Positions 1 to 11,959 of a stretch of 64,000 nucleotides of DNA are shown piece after piece. The DNA is taken from NCBI GenBank assembly GCA_002269645.1, contig NIVC01000073.1:806001-870000 (forward strand). The letters run 5' to 3'. The notes below the pieces were generated by a model, which was not told where the DNA came from, ran no database searches, and saw nothing but the letters and a program-made list of their open reading frames with translations. The position numbers and the translations under genes are program-made. The stretch is from Macrostomum lignano. Taxonomy: Eukaryota. Positions within the stretch are counted from its first letter, which is position 1, and every line of letters begins with the position of its first letter.

Positions 1-114
1 GGAGCATTTGAGCCACAATGTGCAGGTAGCGTGAGCTGATCTTTCCGACGCTTTTTAGCCTTACAGAATTATCCAGACTCAAAGAAGTTTCGCTAATTAC
101 TTATTCCTAATAAT

Positions 115-400
115 TATAAACACATAGAAGTGTGGGAACCCTGGTGCAACGCGTCCTACAACCTACGACCAGCTGGCTGGAGGCAATTCTGTCCATTCCG
201 CAGACTCCTGAGCACAGGCAAGCGCGCCAGTACTGTACACAGGCGCGCACTCACACATTCGCTCACACATGGTGTGACTTTTTCATCTGTCAGGCATGCA
301 CACTCCGTCGGCTAATTTTCGAGCACGCAAGCCCCAAGTGAATGTTGGCTTGCGCACGGAATCGAACCAACTGGGTTGTAACGCGATGGTCAGACGTGTT
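115..400 (-). mobile_element. tRNA-derived SINE-like repeat in intron
   Basis: Minus strand has B-box GGTTCGATTCC; body shares blocks with 23500-23870 (e.g. ttttcgagcac.caagcccca, tcaggcatg.acac). Confidence 0.55.
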
Positions 401-449
401 TACGTTTGAGCTGCTCTGCCCCACAACGCATCCCTAATTGAATTCTCAC

Positions 450-1070
450 CGCCGAACTTGTGCAGAATCATGTACCGAACAGAGTCGGACTTCTCCAGCC
501 TGTCTCGGTAGCTGCGGTACTTGTGAATGAATCGGGCATAGTGATCGGCGATCAGCTTCTCGCTGTGCGAGTCGCTCCAAAACAGCACCTGCCAGTCTGG
601 GTTCTGGTCAAGGCAGCTCTTGATGAACGGCTTGTAGGTGTCAAACACCTGTTCGCTCTTGAACACGTAGTGAAGTATCTTCGGGATGCCAGAAATTCCT
701 GTGTAGTTGCTGAATGAACTGACCGGCGTGACTGGATTAGTAGTCACTGGATCAGCTTGATGCCCGGTGCTCTGATGTTGCTGATGATGCTCAGTAACGC
801 ACTCATTATTGTGTTTCAATAATTTTGGACCAGTTATAAGCAGCACTAGATTCTGCAATATATCAGCACAAAGGTAGAAAGTATCTATACAAGGTGCGAA
901 GGAATTTGATACGAATAATTTGTTCTCAGCGTCAATTGTATCCTTACCAAGCTGAGTAGGACCAATGCTGCCACTCGGAACATTTTAGGCCAAGCTCTCA
1001 GGTCTGTTAGCATGTTGTTCTCTGAAACATACGAACTTCGCAGCTGCAACTGATGCCAAAATCTGCGCAT
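450..1070 (-). CDS. GT32 / Gly_transf_sug (SUR1/OCH1-like) glycosyltransferase, first two coding exons (948-1070, 450-852); gene continues off the left edge
   Basis: Exon 1 gives a short tail plus hydrophobic anchor (MFRVAALVLLSL), GTAAG donor at 947, TGCAG acceptor at 853, in-frame join to NLVLLITG. Exon 2 has IPKILHYVF...NPDW.VLFWSD...KSDSVRYMILHKFGG, which in GT32 precedes the DXD motif; GTGAG donor at 449. Confidence 0.8.
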
Positions 1071-1165
1071 TCACTTTTTAACCATAGACAGCTGTCTGCT
1101 TGCTGACCTACGGCAAAAATTCAATGCAAGAAGCAGAATTTCAGCTTCACTGTTTTGCTTTAAAC

Positions 1166-1450
1166 CAGGGGTCGACCAACTCTGGCCTGTGCATGGGCCA
1201 CATGCGACCTGCATCATGCCAAGCCTCTCTATCTAAGCCCTCGGGTCCTTTGAAACTTCACAATAGCAATCCGGCCCGCTCAAGCTTGCATGGTGTCTTC
1301 TCAGCTTTCTTGTCTAAAATCTCCTCTCTCCTCTCTAGCCTCCTATTCTCTCTCCTCTTCTGTCCTCTCTATTTTCTATTCCATCTCCTCTCCCCACCTG
1401 CGCTAGATTCTCCATATGGCGCTGGATATAAAGAGTTCGCCAATCCCTGC
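1166..1450. mobile_element. hAT-like MITE with CT-rich interior
   Basis: Imperfect TIRs CAGGGGTCGACCAACTC / GAGTTCGCCAATCCCTG; a related 3' end (gttgtccgacccctg) occurs at ~26705-26720. No clear TSD. Confidence 0.45.
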
Positions 1451-3087
1451 TCCGCTACCGTATAGATAACGGAATTCCTTATTTGGTATCAGTGCATTAT
1501 AACATCTATATTTAGCTCGAGTTAATCTTTGGTGGAGAATTTATCTCTGCTCATGTCAGAAAAAAAGCTCGTACACTTAAACTCTGAGATACTCTATGGC
1601 ACAAACTCCTTGGCTTCGCTTATTATAGGATTTTTCGTTTGATTTTATAAAATTGTCATTTGATTTCGTCCATACTTTCCAAATCGTTACAGATTGGCGC
1701 AGGGTTACAGGAGTTTAGCATAAAATTACAGGTGCACATTAGATCACAGAAAGGCTTCAAATTACAGATTTTTGAAAACCCCTTTGATCGTGCCTACTGC
1801 TATAGATCTATCACCTACTGTAATTTAAGATCATAGTTGCATTTTATTCAAAAGATATAGGAATTTTTAGCTTCTGTCTTCAAATTAAAGATGAGCACCA
1901 GATTACAGGCATCAAAGTACAGAAAGGCATTAATTTACCGGAATTGGGTAAATTCCGGTAACTGAAACTTGTACTTGATTTTATATCAGTTTAATTTACA
2001 AAATGAAATGCAATATATGCAGTAGTAATTGCAGTTATATATATACCAAATTGGCAGAATGGTTTCTTCCATGTTTGCTTAATCAAAACAATAAAATCCA
2101 AACAAAATTTGTATTGTGATAGCTTATTTAATTCTATAGTTTTAGTCTAAAACTATAGACATTCTTTCCAAATTATTCAAAGTATAAAGTTTAATATAGT
2201 TTCAAAGTTTAATATTCAAAGTAATATAAAATTTAAGTTTAATATTAGTTTTAAATATAGTTCTTGAAATTTAATATTCAAGTAATATTCAAAGTTTAAT
2301 ATAGTTTTATTATTTTAGTCTAAAACTATAGAATTAAATAAGCTATCACAATACAAATTTAGTTAATACCACAGAGTGACAACTAGAATTTATAGTGGAT
2401 TCAGTGAATTTAGATATAGCTGCATATTCGACTAGACTAATATAAATTACAAGAATGTATGCCCCACTGCCCACTGACCCTATGTGCGTAACTGTGTGTA
2501 CTAGTTCTTCATAAAAAGAAAAAATTTTCATTTCGATTTCGAACTGCATTAAGCCTTAATATTTAGGCACTAAAATGGTTCTGACAGGTTGCTCATTTAA
2601 TCTTTTCTTTAATCTTAACCACAACCTTATAAATTCATTACTGTTTAATTTTTTTTCAAATCAGTTAGAACCAGATAAAGCAAAGCGATGACATCAATTA
2701 CAATTATATATTAATCTTATCTACAATAAGTAGATAATTAGATATTAAGAAAATTAAATAGTGGTAGCGACAAATACAAACAATGTGACCGAATAAGCTT
2801 TTGGAAAAAAAGAATATTATATATTAAAGAAAAAGTTCATTTTCTCTGGATGAAGACCAATCAGTTAAATTAAAAATCTTTATCCAACATTTGTTCTAAT
2901 GAGAACTATCAGATTAGCTAGAAAAGACTGACCTAAAATTTTTTAAATTAAAATTTCTTTCGTTTATTCTTATTTGCTGCCATTTGGTAGACAAGTTTTC
3001 ACTTGCAGATTTTATCTAGAACATGAACACTAGGCCTACAGGCTAGTACCTAATTGTGAAGCAATTCGATCCTAATAGGATAAAACA

Positions 3088-3623
3088 ATGGCTCATCGCC
3101 ATAAAACACGAGTTTTAGTTTACTGGCAGGACCAAACTGAAGGTGAATGCCATTATGTGTTTAAAGAGGATTTGCAAATCATTCCAGGGTCAGAAAATGA
3201 AAGTAGGAAAATCAAGAAAGGTGCATTTGTCATGTACAATGACGAAAATGGCAAGTCATGGATTGGTTGTGTTGGCAAGTAAGTATTCTCTTTCTATTTT
3301 ATTATTCTGAAATTTAGCATTCAATTGGGCATAGGCATGAGTTAAGGCTTGAGATTTTCACTGCAAATTATGTCACATGGCATCATTGCACCTAATGTAT
3401 AATGCCATTTTGGACTTTATGATGCATAAACTGATCTCTACTAAATGCAACTTGTATAAGGTGACTAAGATAGATAAGCACCACTATATCTATGGCTATG
3501 CAATGCAAGTCAATAGATTTTAAATGTCCTATATAACTTCAACATTTTAGAAAGGTCTTGTCTACTACTTCTACTATCTTGGCACCTACTTCTAGACGAC
3601 TGACCCCAACATTGCTGCCATCT

Positions 3624-3659
<36 letters not shown>

Positions 3660-6600
3660 TTGACTGCTTCTCCAGGTAAATACATTTTTTGTAATTCAAA
3701 GTATATTTGCAGGTTGACTGATTAAGTAGGACTCAAATCACAGCAGGGAGGGGACATTAAATTGCAGATCTGATACTTCAAATCACAGTTGGCTGTTAAA
3801 TTGCAGAAATGGCTGATGGAAGGTTACTTTACCTAGGGCCTATATATTATCCTATTGCTTCATAAGCATACCCTGTAATGTAAATTTATTATTTAAGAAA
3901 ATATTTTCATAGCTAGCAGTCACTGACTATCATGTTCATTACATTTTATCTTACCTTCATCCTAACCTCGATGCAGGCCATAAGAAAATGTCCAAGGACA
4001 ATGCAACTCCTGCCAGTGTTGGCTCGGACAGCAGGACAAGTGACCCAGTTTCTGGCAACCCGCCAACTCTACCATCGTTGCCACCTGAGCAGCAGCAGCC
4101 ACAGCAGCAATTGACTGCTTCTCTAGGTAAATACATTTTTTGTAATTCAAAGTATATTTGCAGGTTGACTGATTAAGTAGGACTCAAATCACAGCAGGGA
4201 GGGGACATTAAATTGCAGATCTGATACTTCAAATCACAGTTGGCTGTTAAATTGCAGAAATGGCTGATGGAAGGTTACTTTACCTATATATTATCCTATT
4301 GCTTCATAAGCATACCCTGTAATGTAAATTTATTATTTAAGAAAATATTTTCATAGCTAGCAGTCACTGACTATCATGTTCATTACATTTTATCTTACCT
4401 TCATCCTAACCTCGATGCAGGCCATAAGAAAATGTCCAAGGACAATGCAACTCCTGCCAGTGTTGGCTCGGACAGCAGGACAAGTGACCCAGTTTCTGGC
4501 AACCCGCCAACTCTACCATCGTTGCCACCTGAGCAGCAGCAGCCACAGCAGCAATTGACTGCTTCTCCGGGTAAATACATTTTTTGTAATTCAAAGTATA
4601 TTTGCAGGTTGACTGATTAAGTAGGACTCAAATCACAGCAGGGAGGGGACATTAAATTGCAGATCTGATACTTCAAATCACAGTTGGCTGTTAAATTGCA
4701 GAAATGGCTGATGGAAGGTTACTTTACCTAGGGCCTATATATTATCCTATTGCTTCATAAGCATACCCTGTAATGTAAATTTATTATTTAAGAAAATATT
4801 TTCATAGCTAGCAGTCACTGACTATCATGTTCATTACATTTTATCTTACCTTCATCCTAACCTCGATGCAGGCCATAAGAAAATGTCCAAGGACAATGCA
4901 ACTCCTGCCAGTGTTGGCTCGGACAGCAGGACAAGTGACCCAGTTTCTGGCAACCCGCCAACTCTACCATCGTTGCCACCTGAGCAGCAGCAGCCACAGC
5001 AGCAATTGACTGCTTCTCTAGGTAAATACATTTTTTGTAATTCAAAGTATATTTGCAGGTTGACTGATTAAGTAGGACTCAAATCACAGCAGGGAGGGGA
5101 CATTAAATTGCAGATCTGATACTTCAAATCACAGTTGGCTGTTAAATTGCAGAAATGGCTGATGGAAGGTTACTTTACCTATATATTATCCTATTGCTTC
5201 ATAAGCATACCCTGTAATGTAAATTTATTATTTAAGAAAATATTTTCATAGCTAGCAGTCACTGACTATCATGTTCATTACATTTTATCTTACCTTCATC
5301 CTAACCTCGATGCAGGCCATAAGAAAATGTCCAAGGACAATGCAACTCCTGCCAGTGTTGGCTCGGACAGCAGGACAAGTGACCCAGTTTCTGGCAACCC
5401 GCCAACTCTACCATCGTTGCCACCTGAGCAGCAGCAGCCACAGCAGCAATTGACTGCTTCTCTAGGTAAATACATTTTTTGTAATTCAAAGTATATTTGC
5501 AGGTTGACTGATTAAGTAGGACTCAAATCACAGCAGGGAGGGGACATTAAATTGCAGATCTGATACTTCAAATCACAGTTGGCTGTTAAATTGCAGAAAT
5601 GGCTGATGGAAGGTTACTTTACCTAGGGCCTATATATTATCCTATTGCTTCATAAGCATACCCTGTAATGTAAATTTATTATTTAAGAAAATATTTTCAT
5701 AGCTAGCAGTCACTGACTATCATGTTCATTACATTTTATCTTACCTTCATCCTAACCTCGATGCAGGCCATAAGAAAATGTCCAAGGACAATGCAACTCC
5801 TGCCAGTGTTGGCTCGGACAGCAGGACAAGTGACCCAGTTTCTGGCAACCCGCCAACTCTACCATCGTTGCCACCTGAGCAGCAGCAGCCACAGCAGCAA
5901 TTGACTGCTTCTCTAGGTAAATACATTTTTTGTAATTCAAAGTATATTTGCAGGTTGACTGATTAAGTAGGACTCAAATCACAGCAGGGAGGGGACATTA
6001 AATTGCAGATCTGATACTTCAAATCACAGTTGGCTGTTAAATTGCAGAAATGGCTGATGGAAGGTTACTTTACCTAGGGCCTATATATTATCCTATTGCT
6101 TCATAAGCATACCCTGTAATGTAAATTTATTATTTAAGAAAATATTTTCATAGCTAGCAGTCACTGACTATCATGTTCATTACATTTTATCTTACCTTCA
6201 TCCTAACCTCGATGCAGGCCATAAGAAAATGTCCAAGGACAATGCAACTCCTGCCAGTGTTGGCTCGGACAGCAGGACAAGTGACCCAGTTTCTGGCAAC
6301 CCGCCAACTCTACCATCGTTGCCACCTGAGCAGCAGCAGCCACAGCAGCAATTGACTGCTTCTCTAGGTAAATACATTTTTTGTAATTCAAAGTATATTT
6401 GCAGGTTGACTGATTAAGTAGGACTCAAATCACAGCAGGGAGGGGACATTAAATTGCAGATCTGATACTTCAAATCACAGTTGGCTGTTAAATTGCAGAA
6501 ATGGCTGATGGAAGGTTACTTTACCTATATATTATCCTATTGCTTCATAAGCATACCCTGTAATGTAAATTTATTATTTAAGAAAATATTTTCATAGCTA

Positions 6601-8853
6601 GCAGTCACTGACTATCATGTTCATTACATTTTATCTTACCTTCATCCTAACCTCGATGCAGGCCATAAGAAAATGTCCAAGGACAATGCAACTCCTGCCA
6701 GTGTTGGCTCGGACAGCAGGACAAGTGACCCAGTTTCTGGCAACCCGCCAACTCTACCATCGTTGCCACCTGAGCAGCAGCAGCAGCAGCAAGAGTTCGT
6801 TGTGCCTGAACATCTAAATGGAACTCTTCAGGACGGCAATTACCATCTGGTCCCTATTTCCGAGGAAGACTTAAATGCCATTCTCGCCGCTGGTTGTCAT
6901 GTTGCCGTTGTCGATCTTGATGCCGATGCCGCTGTTGATCTTGATGCCGATGCCGCTGATGCTGGTTCTTCTAATGCAGCCTTTTCCGGTAAGGAAAATT
7001 CATCGAAGCAGCGAGGTGTGAATTATATTTGCCCGTTCAAGAAGCCATCGGAATCCGAGGGACAACAACATGGAATTTTCCATTCCCGGATCCGTCAACA
7101 TCTACGCGAAAGCCACAAAGATATTCTTGGCTCGAAGAATATAGACGATCTGGTTGCAGAGATCAAAGTATTTAATCAGCAAGAGGTTGAAGATGACTCT
7201 TCCAGAAAGGTGAAGTGCCCAGATTGTGATGTTCTGTTTGAGAAGCGCTCAATGACTGCCCATCGTGTGCGGTTTCATTACTACAAGCCTGCAGAAGCTG
7301 CTGCCAAGAAAGCCCAGGAAAAATTTGATGCGCTTAAAAAGTCCATTGATGCCAAAAAGGAGGCGACTTTGCTGGAGGTCGAGCTCTCAGACTTGGCCAA
7401 GTGGCTACCAAAGTGGGAAGGAGGCGGACTTAAGGCGTCGTCGATTCGGAAGAACACTGATGCTCTGTCTCGATTAGCTAAAGCTTGTGGGCTGACGGAC
7501 CTTCTTTCGATTTTGACTGAAGAGTTTCGTGATAAAGTTAGCGCGTTCGTTGAGGAGGACTCGAAGCGAAATAAATCAGCCGATCGATCATGCATCAACG
7601 CGTTAACGCATTTAGTTTCGTTTTTCCGAGCACGCCGTTTTGTCGAACTACGGAATCTAGGCCTGAAATGCTACCTTCTGGAGTTCGAAGAGCGTCTAAA
7701 GCGCCTAACCAAGGCGTATGGACTTAAGGTTCGTCGGCCAAATGATGCCAGATTGCGGAACGTTCTCGATAAGGAATTACTGAAGCCAGAAGAAGTCGAA
7801 AGTTTGCACTCGCATGTGCATTCCTTAATTACTAGAGCAGAATCAGCTGCAGAATCAAACATTTTGTCCAACGACGTCATTGTTGGCATCACCACTTCAA
7901 TGTGCTTCTCGAATGGCAACGCCAGTAGGCCGGACATTCCGACTAATGCAACCATTGAGGAAGGCCTTGAGTGGCTGACTGATCAGAAGAGCGAATTTTT
8001 CGTTAAAGAGCACAAGACGTCCAACATGTATGGCGCCTGTAGAGTTGCGGTCGACAGCGTTGCCGAAATTCTCGCGAATTACATTCAAGAGAGAGCAAAG
8101 ACGGCCTCACCAACTGACAGGCTCTTCCCACTTGGCACGGGTGGCTTTGCGAGGGTATGGACAAGGGAGCGAGCAAAGAATTCGAAAATCGAGCATGTGA
8201 CTAATACAGCCTATCGGAAATTCATTGAAACGTACTCCGCAATGTACCTAGACGAAAATCAACAAAAGGCAGTATCGATCCGACTGTGCCACAAACCCAA
8301 TGTTGCACGCCAGTCGTACCAAGCTACAATGAAGTCAATGAGCATGGCTGCACGATTTGCGATTGGTGGCATCATTTCTGGTCTGGCCAACATGCAGCAA
8401 CCGGACATCGTTGGACCGGAGGCATTCCTTGCTTTTGTCCGAGGTCCAGCGGCAGCATCTCACAAGTCAAACACGGTGAATCCAGCGAAGAGTCGACAGG
8501 CGGCTGCAGCAAAGAAACGCAAGGCTGAAACAGCCGTCGATCAAGCGAAAGCGAACCCAGCGAAGAGTCGACAGGCGGCTGCAGCAAAGAAACGCAAGGC
8601 TGAAACAGCCGTCGATCAAGCGAAAGCGAACCCAGCGAAGACTCGACAGGCGGCTGCAGCAAAGAAACGCAAGGCTGAAACAGCCGTCGATCAAGCGAAA
8701 GCAAACCCAGCGAAGAGTCGACAGGCGGCTGCAGCGAAGGAACGTCCCGCTGAAACAGCCGCCGATCAAGCGAATCCAGCGAAGAGTCGACAGTCGGCTG
8801 CAGCGAAGAAACGCCAGGCCGAAACAGCCGGCGGCAGTCGGCAGTCAAAGTGA
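3088..8853 (+). CDS. Spliced tyrosine recombinase with C2H2 finger; exons 3088-3278, 3551-3675, six 150-bp repeat exons (3977, 4421, 4872, 5316, 5767, 6218 starts) and 6662-8853
   Basis: All junctions are GT-AG with matching phases (2, then 1-1). Last exon has CPDC..H...H, then YR catalytic-type motifs SRPDI (R), EHKT (K), TAYRK (R), LCH (H), RQSY (Y), followed by four ~25-aa basic repeats. Confidence 0.75.
3676..6790 (+). repeat. Tandem array of 444/451-bp intron+exon units (~7 copies)
   Basis: ORF starts at 3988, 4432, 4883, 5327, 5778, 6229, 6673 (steps 444,451,444,451,451,444); the units differ by a 7-bp gggccta indel. Confidence 0.97.
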
Positions 8854-10369
8854 AAGCCTACAAATTGCCCTTGATATTGTTGGTTCTGTTCTTCATTTTA
8901 CAGCAGGCATTCTAAATAGCAGGGTTGGTATTGGCATTTATAGCAAGTCCTTCATTTTACAGCTCAGACATTCAAATTGCTGGGATGACATTTAGGGCAT
9001 TCAGTGTGCTTTAAGACTATTGTGCTGATTTTCTATGGTCATTTTATTAGCACTTAGTTTGGCATGCTACTATGCTTTAATGGCTTTGAATACGATACCT
9101 TGAAACTGTTTGCTTTTTCTTAAGCTACTTATTTACCACCAATTGTTTAACATTGTGCGATTCGTTCTACGACCCCTGTCTGTTGCAGAATTTCTGCATT
9201 TTTCAGCAAAGTACTTTTATATGCTGGTCAATTGAAACTGTTCTATGTTTTCTCTTTATCTTAGCTGCTACACCACTTTGAAGCCAAATTGACTTGTGTT
9301 CTAAATTTTAAAGCTGGTTAAAGCTTTAGTTTGGTTCATTTTTGCCAAATATCTCTTTTCTGTCAGCATTTTATCGTATATAAATATTACATATTCATCA
9401 GATTGATAGGTGAAGTCCTTCATTTTACAGCATTCAAATCGCAAGGGGTAGTATTTATAGTAAGTTCTTCATTTTACAGCTCAGCCATTAAAATTGCATT
9501 AGTTAGTATTTACGCAGTTGCAGCAAGTTAAATTTTTCTTTGAATCTATTTTGAACTTCTCCATTTTTCTCCATTTCAAAGTTTGCCAATAGTCTAGCTG
9601 TTCTAATTTTCAACGGTTTGAACCCTTCAAATTTTTTTTCCGAGTTGGTTGTTGAAAATAAAAAGACTTTTAATTAACTTTTATCACTTCTTTATCACTA
9701 TTTATTATTTTGGACTTTGTATACATGCTATCTTTTAAAAGTTAAAATAAAAATACACCTCTAAGCTGTTGTAGTTTTGTTCACAGTTAAAAATCGCTAC
9801 TTAAACTTAAACATAACTTATAGGAGCAGGACAGTATAAATAGTGTATATATATGACAAAGCGCAACTACATATTTTCAAACTAAATTAATCATGGTTGG
9901 ACATTGTATCGATTTGTGGCATTCCATAAGCAATTTTGAGGATTTGTACCACATTTTGAATAAGCTTGCAATCAAATTAGCTATTTTACAAATTTTTGGT
10001 TTTTCGTTATTTCTGAAGCACACAATTTTTTGGGAAAATGCTCCTGCAATATGATGACCTGTAACTTAGTGTTTTCCTGTAATGGAAAAGCCATGGAAAA
10101 CACTGTAATGCAGAAGTTGGCAGCGCGGCCATAGAGTCTATGGCAATAAAGTGCGCTGTTTTCCAATTGAATTCATAACTTTGCCACTTCATTTCGACAT
10201 ACCCAGTAGAAAGGCAACAAAAAAGTCGATGCGCTTGTCCAGTACAGAAAGAACTGTTAAAAACAGAAAGCTGTGTATTTAAGTCACATGAGGAAGTAGG
10301 CAGTTGCAACAGTGAAATCAGTTATGTCAGCCAAAGTTAATGCTCATTCGCTGCAACAAGCTACAAATT

Positions 10370-10720
10370 TCACATTATCTGCTGCTCATTGATGCACAGG
10401 GGCAGAAACCGCATCACATGTCGTTCCCAGGCAAGGCACTTCGCGGTGGAAATTTCCTCTAGTGCAACGTAGCCGCAGCGGAAAAGCACCATGAGTCTCC
10501 ACTGCGTTAGGTTGATGCCATCAGGCGGATAGCTAAGTTCCTGTTGAAGCTCAGGTGTTGCTAGCTGGCGTTTAAGCGAAGCCTTGAGGCAACTGTGTGC
10601 CTGCTCCGCGGCGTTAAGAAATGAAGAGTACGGTGGCAGAGTTCGCAGTTGAATACGATTGGCCGCGTTTATACGTTTCCAATGGACGCGTATGCAGCCA
10701 TTTTTAGGCACACAAGGAAG
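10370..10720 (-). pseudogene. IS630/Tc1 transposase C-terminal fragment
   Basis: LRTLPPYSSFLNAAEQAHSCLKASLKR; N-terminal DNA-binding and first catalytic regions absent. Confidence 0.75.
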
Positions 10721-11959
10721 GTGACTTGCCCAAGAAGAGGACACGTTCATATAGGCTTTTCATTTCTATGAGAGGTTTTGCCATAGATATTCACCCACTG
10801 ATATCCCAGCCCCTCTGGCAGTGTTTGAGTCACTCCGCGCGTCAAGTCGAAATGAAGTGGCAAAGCCACGAATTCAATCGGAAAACAGCGCACTTTATTG
10901 CCATAGACTCTATGGCCGCGCTGCCAACTTCTATGGACGAAATCAAATGACAATTTTATGAAATCAAACGAAAAATCCTATATTAGCTCGTATATGCATA
11001 AAAAATTCGGTGACTTCTTACCGGGAAATAAGTCGATGTGATTTTTTAATTTCTGTTAATTATCCGAAGGATTGTCGTTAGCTGTGCTTGAAAATGAAGC
11101 ATTAATGGGGATTCACCGATTTTTCGTTAAGCAGTTGGCGCTCAATCCATTTTGACGATTGCTGATCAAAGGGTGCTCGAGACACAATTGCGAATCCCTT
11201 TCTGAATCTTACTGGCTTAATCCTATAAATTAGTCTCTGCCACTCCGCTCACAACTGTAAGGTCCTGGCACTCCATCTAGCAGCATTTGAATTGTCTCTT
11301 TTTAAACATGTATAGCTTTCTTCTCCGCGTCCGCACCGTTCTTAGCCAGAGTTTCTGCTAATCTCGTAAATAAGCCAGCTTTTGCGTTCAGGCGTGCATT
11401 GCTAGCACTGCATGTACAGTTCTAGTTTGGCACGGGCTTGCTGTAGCCCTGAAGCCCAACTGCCCATGGGAAGAGAGGAGACGGCCAGACCTCAAGTGTA
11501 AATCGGTCTATCTAAAGTGTACTTCCGATTGGCCATGCAAAGAGTTTGCTGTCGGCTGCCCCCTCATGCGCCGAGAGCGCACATAGAGAGGAGCCTCCTC
11601 TTCTTTGCTCATGTAGAAATTCATTAGAGGATTGCACCTGGCTGTACAGCTAATACTCCAAGCTGTGATCCACTGCCAACTGTTTGTATGCTTTTGTAAA
11701 TGTATAGCCAAGCTGTTGCACGTAAATACTTTGTGTCAGACGTCCAACCAGCCCATGGTTAATAATTGTCTTGATCAAAATTTAGAGCGTCGCCAGGGGC
11801 ATGTCCCACCTGTCACCCGTTATGAAAATTAATCATTTTGCTTTACAGCGCCAAAATGAGTGCTAACAACATAGATTCCCAAAATGATGTAGGAACTGTC
11901 ATGTAGAACTTTTGGCTTCGCCCTTCCCACCATAAAATCCATGGCGACGCCCATTAATG

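Larger units (their letters stand above)
1675..10111 (+). mobile_element. Tyrosine-recombinase (Crypton-like) DNA element, ~8.44 kb
   Basis: Boundaries defined by interruption of the host TIR (cgtccata|gaagttgg). No TIR or TSD beyond a shared A; inverted TTACAG/CTGTAA arrays at the two ends; encodes a YR protein. Confidence 0.7.
1626..10980 (-). mobile_element. Non-autonomous IS630/Tc1-like DNA transposon (~0.9 kb) whose left TIR is split by an 8.4 kb insertion
   Basis: Right TIR 10846-10980 is the reverse complement of 1626-1674 joined to 10112-10198; TA on both outer flanks. Interior ORF 10370-10750(-) has the DDE_3 C-terminal motif LPPYSSFLNAAE (cf. LPPYSPxLNPIE). Confidence 0.8.

Noticed and set aside
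3676-6790. 444/451-bp array as a CRISPR-like or satellite array
   Set aside because: No unique spacers; each unit is an intron plus a spliceable exon of the YR gene. The minus-strand and alternative-frame 60-62 aa ORFs in it are shadows.
1675-10111. Helitron, Polinton or DIRS identity for the YR element
   Set aside because: No TC...CTRR ends or RepHel, no polB/integrase with TIRs, no RT/RNase H or split LTRs.
11100-11800. Possible transposase remnant (ORF 11508-11711)
   Set aside because: No diagnostic motif recognised; left unannotated.
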